Positions 1 to 11,457 of a stretch of DNA of 64,000 nucleotides are shown here, piece after piece. Both the position numbers and the translations under genes were made by a program. Within the stretch, counting starts at the first letter, position 1, and the number at the start of each line of letters is the position of its first letter. Below the pieces are notes generated by a model, which saw nothing but the letters and a program-made list of their open reading frames with translations, searched no databases and was not told where the DNA came from. The stretch is taken from contig NC_043017.1 of NCBI RefSeq assembly GCF_006345805.1, positions 27,404,001 through 27,468,000 of the forward strand, given 5' to 3'. This DNA comes from Octopus sinensis (lineage: Eukaryota).

Positions 1-470
1 CATTTTGCTCATTCATCCGTTTACATTTTGTCAATGAATAAAATTTTTATATACATTTAATTGTATTCATGTTCTCCTTTCCATTCACCTGCTTTTTACG
101 TTTGTCACATGCACCCATTTTCTCATACATGTTCTACCAATAGCGCCATTATTTATCTACTCACATTTCTTAATTTTTTAATATTTTTTGTTTCATTCTT
201 AACTTCTTCCAAACCTTTAATTCATCTTACTTTGTGTCATCAGTATTCCTATCTTCGTTCATTCCTCTGTTCCTTCAATCTTTTAGGCGTCTAATGAATC
301 GATGTTTTTAGCTCTTTCATACAGTACAAAATCCTTCTTTTCATATTGAGCATTTTACTCTCCCGTTAGTGCTACATCAGCGTTAACACTCACACGTACA
401 TGTACAAGTAACGAGGACATCACAAAACCCAATAACCCAATCTTTTTGGCGTCTAATGAATCGATGTTCT

Positions 471-880
471 TAGGCGCAGGAGTGACTGTGTGGTAAGTAG
501 CTTGTTTACCAACCACATGGTTCTGGGTTAATCTCAATGCGTGGCACCTTGGGCAAGTGTCTTCTACTATAGCCTCGGGCCAACCAAAGCCTTGTGAGTG
601 GATTTGGTTGACGGAAACTGAAAGAAGCCCGTCCTATATATGAATATATATGTATGTGCGTGTGTATGTTTGTGTGTCTGTGTTTGTCCCCCTAGCATTG
701 CTTGACAACCGATGCTGGTGTGTTTATGTCCCCGTTACTTAGCGGTTCGGCAAAATAGACCGATAGAATAAGTACTGGGCTTATAAAAAATAAGTCCCGG
801 GGTCGAGTTGCTCGATTAAAGGCGGTGCACCAGCATGGCCGCAGTCAAATGACTGAAACAAGTAAAAAGAGAAAAAGAGA
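471..880 (+). mobile_element. SINE family B, full length (tRNA-like head, internal microsatellite, 3' tail)
   Basis: Starts TAGGCGCAGGAGTG..TGTGTGGTAAG, B-box-like GGGTTAATCTC, body CACCTTGGGCAAGTGTCTT, ends GACTGAAACAAGTAAAAAGAG; the same sequence recurs about 20 times in the window. Confidence 0.9.
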
Positions 881-1263
881 GTTCTTTCATACAGTAGAAA
901 ATCCTTCTATTCATGTTGAGTATTTCACTCTCCCGATAGAGCAACATCAGCGTTAACACTCTCACATACGTGTACAACTAATGAGGACATCACAAAACCC
1001 AATGACCTTCGTATTGCAATCCAACACAGACTTTGAAAAAATGTGGCCGGATTTATTGGGTGTTTTAGTTAAAGATATGCAATGTCTAAATTAAATATCA
1101 CATAATTATGAGCACATAATTGATAGTATATTTAATCATTCTTAAAAATACTTTCGACAAAATAACCACAAAATCTACAAAAATGTTCACAAGAAGCACA
1201 AATTCTCCTTCAAATTCATTCACATATGCACATACCCCCCCCACACACACAGTAAGCATTCTG

Positions 1264-1490
1264 TTTCTTTATTACCCACAAGGGGCTAAACATAGAGGGG
1301 ACAAACAAGGACAAACCAATGGATTAAGTCGATCACATCGACCCCAGTGCGTAACTGGTACTTTATTTATCGACCCCCCGAACGGATGAAAGGCAAAGTC
1401 GACCTCGGCGGAATTTGAACTCGGAACGTAACGGCAGACGAAATACGGCTACGCATTTCGCCCGGCGTGCTAACGTTTCTGCCAGCTCGC
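1264..1490 (-). mobile_element. SINE family A, full length
   Basis: Minus strand reads GCGAGCTGGCAGAAACGTTAGCACGCCGGGCG..GAGTTCAAATTCCGCCGAGGTCGACTTTGCCTTTCATCC..GTGGGTAATAAAGAAA; Pol III A/B-box-like head. Confidence 0.9.
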
Positions 1491-1562
1491 ATTCCTCATA
1501 CTAATAAGTATAACCCAATTTGTCCATCTCATCTTGAAGGTACAGCAACATAAATGTACACA

Positions 1563-1995
1563 TAGGCGCAGGAGTGGCTATGTGGTAAGTATCTTGCTAA
1601 CAAACCACATGCTTCAGGATTCAGTCCCACTGCGTTGCATCTTGGGCAAGTGTTTTCTGCTATAGCCTCGGGCCGACCAATGCCTTGTGAGTGGATTTGG
1701 TAGACGGAAACTGAAAGAAGCCTGTCGTATATATGTATATCTATATGTATGTGTGTGTGTGTATGTGTGTATGTTTGTGTGTCTGTGTTTGTCCCCCTAG
1801 CATTGCTTGACAACCGATGCTAGTGTGTTTACGTCCCCATCACCTAGCGGTTCGGCAAAAGAGACCGATAGAATATGTACTGGGCTTACAAAAGAATAAG
1901 TCCCGGGGAGGGGGCGATTTGCTCGATTAAAAGGCGGTGCTCCAGCATGGTCGCGGTCAAATGACATGAAACAAGTAAAAGAGTAAAGGAGTAAG
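1563..1995 (+). mobile_element. SINE family B, full length
   Basis: Same head, body and tail as 471-880. Confidence 0.9.
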
Positions 1996-2506
1996 ATGCA
2001 ATGACCACCACTCTTAACATTATCAGCAGCACACAGAAACGTAGACATACACACATACACACAAACACGCAGACACATATGTTCATATAAGCAAACACAC
2101 ACACACAAACGCCATATACAGGATTTTGTTTCTTCTTTCATTTTCTCATTAAAACACCATTACTTAAAACTTTGATCATATTTTTTTTTCTCTAGTAAAG
2201 ACGCATTTATATAAAAGAAACAAAAAACAGCGACAACTGTCTTTTTGAGCAAAGCAACCTAGCCAAACTGACCTTAGAAAATGTCTATTATAAAAAGGTC
2301 GACATCAGTGAAAAAAATGTACCGCTCTCTTTTAACACTTCTTAAATGTTTTTCAGTAATATCCAACGCTTTCATCTTAGATTCGATATCTTTATATCAT
2401 TGTATTTCTCTCTGTCACCAGTTCTCGTTCATACTTTCTTTTTCTCTTTAACACATATACATGTAAGCATATATGCGTATATATGTCGGTTCATTGTGTG
2501 TAAATA

Positions 2507-2551
2507 TACACACACATATACACACACACATACAAATATATATAGCCGTAT

Positions 2552-2632
<81 letters not shown>

Positions 2633-3085
2633 ATATATATATACGTAAGCACACTCACATCCTATGACTGAAGTTTGTGAAATTGTGAAATATTAGCACA
2701 GAAAATTGATATTAAGCTTGTGAATGTGTGTTGCTGCGTGTGTATATGTATATATATATATATGTGTGTGTGTGTATGTATATATGTGTGTGTATGTATA
2801 TATGTGTGTGTATATATATATATGTGTGTGTGTATGTATATATATATATGTGTGTGTGTGTATATATATGTATATATATATGTGTGTGTGTGTGTATATA
2901 TATATATGTGTGTGTGTGTGTATATATATATGTGTGTGTGTGTGTGTATATATATATGTGTGTGTGTGTATATATATATATATGTGTGTGTGTGTTATAT
3001 ATATATATGTGTGTGTGTATATATATATGTGTGTGTGTGTATATATATGTGTGTGTGTGTGTGTGTATATATGTGTGTGTACAGA
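2507..3085. repeat. Compound (CA/TG)n-(TA)n microsatellite block
   Basis: Alternating TA and TG runs; source of the spurious HT/YI/CV ORFs. Confidence 0.95.
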
Positions 3086-3393
3086 TAAGAGCACCTAAAA
3101 TTATACGCATATTTTCATACACGAACACGTTAGTATATTCATATATGCTTGGTTTTTAATTGCACAAATGTTCTTATAGAGGATGTTGATAATAAAATAT
3201 GTCCTTCAGTCATCTTTCATAACTACTTCCCTCATTTACACCATTATGCCTTCATTCATCTTCTTCTGGAATATTCATTAGGAGCATTCATAATTTGCCC
3301 TCAAATTCCGACCGATATTACGAGCGATAAATCAACTGTCATAGGGAACGTGAAACATGAAGAGACAAGAGATGCATTTAAATTTTCTGTATA

Positions 3394-3511
3394 TAGGCGC
3401 AGGAGTGGCTGTGTGGTAAGTAGCTTGCTTACCAACCACATGGTTCCGGGTTCAGTCCCACTGCGTGACACCTTGGGCAAGTGTCTTCTACTATAGCTTC
3501 GGGCCGACCAA
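3394..3511 (+). mobile_element. SINE family B, 5' part only
   Basis: Head to GGGCCGACCAAA, then abruptly replaced by unrelated sequence. Confidence 0.85.
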
Positions 3512-4167
3512 AATAAAGCATTTCGCGAACAAAGGAGGCCCTGAAAGTAGCTTAGAAAATCGGATAAATACTCTAGAGAAGACACAAAATAAAATGCCAG
3601 AAGCACTCCAAAGGGAATCGAAACCAGTACCTCTCAAATCCCGCCAGAGTCCTATGTACCGTTAAACTAAGAGATCTCCGGCAACAGCTTTCGTGTTTTT
3701 TGGCCATATTTTGCCGGATATTTACCCGATTTTCTACGTTGTCTTTACAGTTTTCCTGCGTTCAAGAAATTCTGTATTTATTCTGGGATACCAACACACT
3801 AGACGCCTATAAATTTCTTTATAAAGTGCTCTCACATTCCAAAAGTCATTTAGCATTTTAAAAGAAATAAATGCGCTGTCGGATGTCTCTTAGGTTAACG
3901 GCACAGAGCGCTTGTGGGGGGAATTTGAGAGGTGCAGCGTTCGGTACCCCCTGAGAACCCCTTTGTTTTCTTTTTCGTCTACTAAGAGGTATATATCGAT
4001 TCTCTAAGTTGTCTCCACAACTTTCTACGAGCATGAAATCCTTTATTTTCTGTAGAATACCGACAAACTCGGCTCTTATAAGCTTGTTTACTAATATATA
4101 TATATATATATATATATACACATGTCACTACTGGATTGAATGGCAATCTCAACTAAATACGTAGATA

Positions 4168-4565
4168 TAGGCGCAGGAGTGGCTATGTGGTACATAGCTT
4201 GTCTACCAACTGTATGGTTCCGGGTTCAGTCCCACTACGTGGCACCTTGGGTAAGTGTCTTCTACTATAGCCTCGGTCCGACCAAAGCCTTGTGAGTGGA
4301 TTTGGTAGACGGAAACTGAAAGGAGCCCGTCCTATATATGTATATATGTGCGTGGGTGTGTTTGTGTGTCTGTGTTTGTCCCCTAGCATTGCTTGACAGC
4401 CGATGCTGGTGTGTTTATGTCCCCGTAACTTAGCGGTTCGGCAAAAAGAGACCGATAGAATAAGTATTGGGCTTACAAAAGAATAAGTCCCGGGGTCGAG
4501 TTGCTCGATTAAAGGCGGTGCTCCAGCATAGCCGCAGTCAAATGACTGAAACAAGTAAAAGATTA
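4168..4565 (+). mobile_element. SINE family B, full length
   Basis: Same sequence as other B copies. Confidence 0.9.
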
Positions 4566-5095
4566 AAAAAAAAGAGATACCAGATACTACTCAACGCAAT
4601 GACAAAATTATTTATTTACATTAGTTTTTACAAGCAGAAGCACTGTAGCGTATATTACCTACGTATTTCTTCACCTTTAAAACCATTATCAACCTAGAAA
4701 ACATCGTTCTGTTCACCGATCGCTATTCATTTTCATATTTGAGCATTCATAATGTCACCAGACAAGATTGCTTAGGATGATTTGCCGGTAAATATTTTAT
4801 GGAGAAACACGTTTTCTGTACATTTTTTTTTCTATTGAAAATGTTTTACATATTTTTATGTGCTCATGTAGTATTTCACAGCAAGTGTTTTTCAGCGTAA
4901 TCTACCAAGAACTAACTGGCATTAAATAATCAAGCTTCACTTATCCTATTATTAGACGTCTCCGTTTCAACAAGTTGAAATTTTGAGAAGCGGCTTTCAA
5001 AAAAAAATACCATTTTATTCCACTTAAGATTCGAAGATTATTCAGTAATTTTGTTGCGTTGAATAATATTTCAACAACATTTACGATGACATATT

Positions 5096-5280
5096 GGTAT
5101 TTCGTTTGCCGTTACGTTGTGAGTTCAAATTCTGCCGAGGTCGACTTTACCTTTCATCCTTTCGGTGTCGATAAATTAAATACCAGTTACACACTGGGTT
5201 CGATGTAATCGACTTAATACCTATGTCTGTCCTTGTTTGTCCCCTCTGTGTTTAGCCCCTTGTGGGTAATAAAGAAATAT
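5096..5280 (+). mobile_element. SINE family A, headless copy starting at GGTATTTC
   Basis: Matches family A from the internal GGTATTTCG site to AAAGAAATA. Confidence 0.85.
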
Positions 5281-5442
5281 GTATACGTTTGTATATTATA
5301 TGCATCGCTATGTGCATCTATGTATATGTACGTCTCCCTTTCACCGTTTCCTCTCTCTTACTCCTCCTCCTCCTTGACTCTCTCGTCACTGACACGTGAC
5401 CAGAGAGAAGCCATCTTTCCAACTGCTATCTTCACCGAGACA

Positions 5443-5830
5443 GTGGAGGCGCAATGGCCCAGTGGTTAGGACAGCGGACTCGCGGTCGTAGGATCGCGGT
5501 TTCGATTCCCAGACCGGGCGTTGTGAGTGTTTATTGAGCGAAAACACCTAAAAGCTCCACGAGGCTCCGGCAGGGATGGTTGTGATCCCTGCTGTACTCT
5601 TTCACCACAACTTTCTCTCACTCTTACTTCCTGTTTCTGTTGTACCTGTATTTCAAAGGGCCAGCCTTGTCACTCTCTGTGCCACGCTGAATATCCCCGA
5701 GAACTACGTTAAGTGTACACGTGTCTGTGGAGTGCTCAGCCACTCACATGTTAATTTCACGAGCAGGCTGTTCCGTTGATCGGATCAACCGGAACCCTCG
5801 TCGTCGTGACCGACGGAGTGCTTCCATCCA
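5443..5830 (+). mobile_element. tRNA-derived SINE family C with 11-bp TSD
   Basis: A-box TGGCCCAGTGGTT, B-box GGTTTCGATTCCC; flanked by TCACCGAGACA at 5432-5442 and 5831-5841. Confidence 0.9.
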
Positions 5831-6029
5831 TCACCGAGACAAGATGGCTTATCCTGTCCCTTTCATAAGCAATCTTCTGAACGCGTTCAAATAATTTTTC
5901 CATCGTCTTCGCTTTACAGACCTCATCGTTTGTTTTTACTGTTATTCTCCTTGTCCTCTCTTTTACTATTTTTACTCGTATTGCTTTTTACTGTCTTGTT
6001 TTATTCTTAATGTTTTGCGGGAAGGACTG

Positions 6030-6225
6030 TTTCAACGAAGCTGCGTCTTGTTCTTACCTTCGGAACGCGTAGACGATGAAATCGGGACAACTGAAGAAGG
6101 GGAATATTCCTTGTGTTGAATGTTTTTTCCTTGTTTGAAAAAAGTTCGTTTCCATGTTTTTGTTTTTATGTTTTCGTTTCTCATTGTGTTCAAAGTGTTT
6201 TGATGTCCTGTACCCATATATGCAT
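6030..6225 (+). mobile_element. Penelope-like terminal fragment ending in TA-rich tail
   Basis: Ends TGTCCTGTACCCATATATG; related pieces at about 61820-61960 and, inverted, 62270-62345. Confidence 0.45.
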
Positions 6226-6318
6226 GTATATATACATATAGATGTAGGTATGTACATATATGTATGTATATATGCATATATTTATATATCATTTATATTA
6301 TTATATATGAATGTATGT

Positions 6319-6382
<64 letters not shown>

Positions 6383-6877
6383 AATACATACTCACTCCAC
6401 ACACAGGCACGCACAGATTTATTTTGAACAAATCATTAAAAATCAATGTTAAGAAGCCACTAATATTCTAAATGGATCACACGGGACAGACAGTAACATA
6501 ATTAATTATCCGTCATCGTAAGCATCTATTATACCTAATACGTACTGGATAGAACTTTCATGAAATGGGCAATTCCAGTTATTTACCTATGATCTAATTC
6601 CTCGATGTACCAATGATGAGGTGCAAGTGTAATAAATAACAAATGAAGGTTGGAATCCGCTTAAGTTAATTCTGAAGTCATTGATGTAAAGTAGTCATAA
6701 TGACTTACAACATATTACATAAATCTCCAGATTCATTGAGCGTTATTTAAACATGACAGCCTGCTAATTTCAACTAGTGGTGTTTTAAAGTTAAGATACG
6801 GATAAATAAAAATCAGGAATTCTTTGTTGTATTCGAAAGAGTGCTCAGTAAACATTGTCGATATTAATGCACATTTA

Positions 6878-7110
6878 GGGCGATGAGCTGGCAAGATCGG
6901 TAGCACGCTGGACGAAATGTTTAGCGGTATTTCGTCTGCCGTTACGTTCTGAGTTCGAATTCCGCTGAGGCCGACTATGCCTTTCGTCCTTTCGGGGTCG
7001 ATTAAATGAGTACCAGTTACACACTGGGGTCGAGATAATCGACTTAATCTGTTTGTCTGTCCTTGTTTGTCCCCTCTGTGTTTAGCCCCTTGTGGGTAGT
7101 AAAGAAATAG
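6878..7110 (+). mobile_element. SINE family A
   Basis: Matches other A copies. Confidence 0.9.
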
Positions 7111-7347
7111 ATATTAATGCACATTGAAGTTTGTATTTTCACGTTAATCCAGTCTTAAAGCCACTGATATTACTAGATAAATATCATTATATATATTTAT
7201 ATATATGTACATATCTATATATGTATGTATCTGTGTCTATATATATATATATATATATATACACACAATTGCAGCGTGGAAGGTGTTTATAAACCATTTA
7301 AGAAACACATAAAACCGTTAGATTTTCTTCAACATTTAAATTTAATA

Positions 7348-7394
7348 TGTCAAAATATTTTCGTCGCTTTGAAACCGCGACCTGTTCACTGACA
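7348..7394 (-). ncRNA. Minimal type I hammerhead-like motif, G3-C8 core variant, in a PLE-like terminus
   Basis: Minus strand UGUCA-GUGAACA-G-GUCGC-ggtttcaaa-GCGAC-GAAA-AUAUU-U-UGACA: 5-bp stem I, 5-bp stem II, palindromic AAUAUU stem III. Confidence 0.7.
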
Positions 7395-7560
7395 AAGCTT
7401 CGTGCTGCATCTGAGAAAGTAACAGTTAGTTCATGATATGCATGTGCGTATGTATGTATGTATGTATGAATGTGCGTATATATATTTGTTTACTCTCCAT
7501 TACTACTTGGTCCTGTTGCTGTTCTATATTACATGTATATCTTACACACACACACATATA

Positions 7561-7720
7561 TGCGTGGCTGTGATGTAAGAAACTTGCTTCCCAACCATAT
7601 AGCCCATGGTTCAGTCCAACTGCGTAACATATTGGGTGAGTGACTTCTACTATAGCCTCAACCTGACTAAAGTGTTGTAAGTGGATTTGGTAGACGGAAA
7701 TCGAAAGAAGCCCGACATAT
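7561..7720 (+). mobile_element. SINE family B, 5' half, diverged
   Basis: GTGGCTGTGATGTAAG..GGATTTGGTAGACGGAAATCGAAAGAAGCCCG. Confidence 0.8.
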
Positions 7721-8033
7721 ATATGTGTGTGTGTGTGTGTGTGTGGTGTGTGTGTGTGTGTGTGTGTGCGTGCGTGCATATATATTTACACTTTATGTGT
7801 GTAATGAGCATTTTTGATAGATTTATGATAGATATGTATATATGTATATATTTATATATATATCGAGCGATAGAAATCACGAAATTGAGAGAGATCGTAA
7901 TTTGGTCCCGACTCATTAGCCACAAGAGCACTATCTTAATAAGCTGACAAGGGAGACAAAGATCCCTACGGTTGCAAACACAGCCATATGGCCGAATTCT
8001 TCAAATTTTAATATAGAACATCTTAGTTCACTT

Positions 8034-8302
8034 CAGTGGTTCTGACTGCGCCTAGGGTTAAGCTCAACTCAACTCGTCAACTGATAAGAAAAACCGTTGA
8101 AAACGTGTGCTGATTTTGAAAACAGTAGATGTGAAAACTATGAATAATATGGTCGGCTTAGCAATTTAACAATTAAAAGGCAAATTTATACACGCTACTA
8201 CAGTGACAGAGGCTACAAAGTGGTACCAGTATTACTAGAAATAAGTCAACCGAATTTTGACGACGTAAGCTGAGCTTAACCTTAGGCGCGGTAAGAGCCA
8301 AA
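8034..8302. mobile_element. MITE-like element with about 45-bp imperfect terminal inverted repeats (hAT-like end)
   Basis: Left CAGTGGTTCTGACTGCGCCTAGGGTTAAGCTCAACTCAACTCGTCAA; right, reverse-complemented, TTTGGCTCTTACCGCGCCTAAGGTTAAGCTCAGCTTACGTCGTCAA. Confidence 0.7.
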
Positions 8303-9123
8303 TACACTCCAAATACACTCACGCAGACAGATAGACAGAGTGATTCCTACTTAGATGTATATACCTTGATACATCCATTTATACACACCTAGATATACAC
8401 ATTTGTGTCATCGATTGAGAACTATATTTCTTGACCTTTACAGTCTACAACGTTTTTCATATTGTTGCATAAATTCCTTACAGCTGTTTCTGAACCCCGA
8501 AACATCTTAACTCAAACCATTTAGATCTCTTTGCTCTCATCTTAAATCTCGACGGATATTAACGTTGTTACTGTCTTTTAAATAATAGTATGGAGAATAC
8601 GATTAATTCGGAATTATATCCTATAGCTTATATTTTCATCATTAGTGTAAAACAAGATCTTTGAGATACTTATATTTTATTTGTGACTAGTGTATTTTAT
8701 AAGCTGATACAACTTCTGAACGTCATCATTCTGAAATGCTTTACGAAATACATCTTACCAGTTTGCTCGATGCACAAATATATACATATATATTCATGTG
8801 ACGATAACCAATCTCCACACCAATAGTAAATGTCAGAAGTAAAATCCCTTCGTATTTACATAATACTTCACAACCAAAGCAGGAATTAAAGAAACCCAGA
8901 GAATAAAACAAACACTTGTCAACAATAGTTATTCTCATGTACTAATACAGTACATTGAGCATTGCAACGCCATAAATATATGTGAAGCCAAATCTATCAA
9001 AAATGCTCATTACACACATAAAGTGTATTACATGAAGGAAATAAATACTAAGTTTGGAACAGTTAAACACACCATGAAAAAGAACTCGTAAAACAGATCA
9101 CAAAAGGCATTGCTCCAGATCAT

Positions 9124-9390
9124 AAATTAACACTAATAATATCCTACCAAAACATTAAAATTGAAAACCTTCTCGACAGTAACGAACCACAAGTACGTAA
9201 AACCGTGTGCAAGTTATTAACGGTCAATGTGATTTATAAGTTCAATAGTAAACATGGAGGATGTAAAGTGCTAGACTCCTATAAGTACGTTGGCCATAAA
9301 AATGCTACACATTCTTAACGCCTTAAGATACACCGGCAATAAGGTGCAATTTCAAAGCACCAGAGCTCGGAGAGGATAAATATTAACTAG
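9124..9390 (+). pseudogene. Decayed Penelope-like GIY-YIG endonuclease fragment
   Basis: Hand translation KLTLIISYQNIKIENLLDSNEPQVRKTVCKLLTVNVIYKFNSKHGGCKVLDSYKYVGHKNATHS*RLKIHRQ*GAISKH; VIYKF..YVG..RLxxH pattern; two in-frame stops. Confidence 0.7.
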
Positions 9391-9606
9391 ATGGGAAAAT
9401 ATTCTCGTAGAACATTTCTAAATTCTTCAGAATTCTCCACAACGATAGTACTATTTTACTTGTTTTATTTATTTGACTGTGGCCATGCTGGAGCACCGCT
9501 TTTAGTCGAACAAAGCGAAAGTAAAAACAGAAAATGGCAAGTTTACCCATCGCGCCTGTAAGTGTGAGTGTGTGTGTATATATAATATATATAATATATA
9601 TATATA

Positions 9607-9960
9607 TAGGCGCAGGAGTGGCTGTGTGGTGTCTTGCTTACCAACCACATAGTTCCGGGTTCTTTCCCATTGCGTGACACCTTCAGAAAGTGTCTTCTAT
9701 TATAGCCTCGGGCCGAATAAAGCCTTGTGAGTGCTTTTGGCAGACGGAAACTGAAAGAAGCGTCTTTATGAGCGAAACACCTAAGCTGCAAGCGGCTCCA
9801 GAACTAGGTAATGGCGAACTTCTACTGACTCTTTCGCCACAACGTTCTCTGACTCTTTGCTCCTGTATCTAGCAGCTCACCTGCGACGGACCGGCGTCCT
9901 GTCCAGGTGGGGAACCTATACACCAGCGAAAGCGAGAAACCGGCCCTTATGAGCCAGGTA
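9607..9960 (+). mobile_element. SINE B head joined to a family-C-like body with a different tail
   Basis: B head 9607-9765, then TTTATGAGCGAAACACCTAAGCT (cf. 5530-5560), then CCTGCGACGGACCGGCGTCCTGTCCAGG tail. Confidence 0.6.
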
Positions 9961-11235
9961 TGAGTAGTATGTACTGAAGTCAATTCGTTTGATTAAAATT
10001 CTTGTAAGCGGTGCCCCAGCATGGCTACAGTCTAATGACAAGTAGAAGATAAAAGACAATATTGTGAATATAGTGGAAGTCCTTGATTAAAAAAAAAACA
10101 TACAACTTGAATACAGATGTTTTTTTTATTATAATATGAAATGACAGTCTCCCCGCTGTTTCAACTTACTGGTATAAGCGTTTAGTCTTTCATCTCAAAC
10201 GGGCGACGTTGAATTTCTTTTACGTTATTTGATATTCGTTCTTTTGTGTAAAAAATTAAATTATTTCAATGATTAATATTTGATCAGTATTGCTTCTGTG
10301 GAGGTAAAAATTACTAATCTATGGATCAACACAGAAAAGAAAAAAAAATATAATTATAGGAAAGATTTGACATTTCGACTTCAAAAATACGACTGAAAAT
10401 AACAAACGTATACAAAATATAATTTGATTAAAGAAAACAAAAATGAAGAAAGTAAAGAGAATAAAAAATTTAGATGTTTTAGAGATTAAATTATCAAAAG
10501 GAAAAAAAAATGTATAATTACTTCAAAAAGTCAACAAAGTAAAAAAAAATGGATAATTAAACAACGAGAGATGGTCTGTGAGGTGGTGGGGGTGAGAAAG
10601 GTTGTACACCTCAGTCGGAATGGGCATAATTCTGAAAGCATTGTCGCGACGAATGGCCGCGACACTTGCTGCAACAGGTATGACACCACGAAGGGCTCGC
10701 TTCACGGACGAACAGTTGTCATCCCGATTTTGCGGAGAAAATCAGTTAGGCGGGGGTCTGGGAAAACCTGAAGAGTCGACAGCGACATTAGCAACTGATA
10801 GCAGCCGGTCAAACCGCGGGATTTCTTTATCTCCTTCTCCCCTACATTACGGTCGGCAGTACCCAAATTTGCGGTGAAGTTGGAACAGGAGAAGATGTGG
10901 CAAGCTGAACAGGCCTGCGAAAAAAAAATATATGTATGTATGGCAAATGAAAGACGGAAGAGGGAATATACAAGAATATATTATTAATCACAATTGTTTC
11001 GACACATCTAGCACCGATTCCGCTTTCATTTGCTATATACCTAACGATCACTGTGACCGTGCTTTATCAATAAGGTACCAGGTGTAAACCATTCGTTTTA
11101 TTATCCAATATATATATATATATACATTATTCACATTATCTTGTTTGTTGTTAACAAACAAGATGAGGACAAATATCCGTCAAATGTAAATAATGTACAT
11201 AATTACTCATCTCTTAAATTTAGAACTACATTTAT

Positions 11236-11457
11236 GTTTCTTTATTACCCACAAGGGGCTAAACACAGAGGTGGCAAACAAGGACAGACAAACGGATTAA
11301 GTCGATTATAACGACCCCAGTGCGTAACTGGTACTTAATTTATCGACCCCGAAAGGATGAAAGGCAAAGTCGACCTCGGCGGAGTTTGAACTCAGAACGT
11401 AATGGCAGGCGAAATACGGCTACGCATTTCGCCCGGCGCGCTATCGTTTCTGCCAGC
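11236..11457 (-). mobile_element. SINE family A
   Basis: Matches other A copies. Confidence 0.9.

Noticed and set aside
880-1080. Minus-strand WVL*CPH*L resembling mariner WVPHEL
   Set aside because: Too short and interrupted; no DD34D region or TIR.
5443-5520. tRNA gene
   Set aside because: tRNA-like segment is the head of a TSD-flanked SINE; the same applies to 13375-13450, 14535-14618 and 23650-23721.
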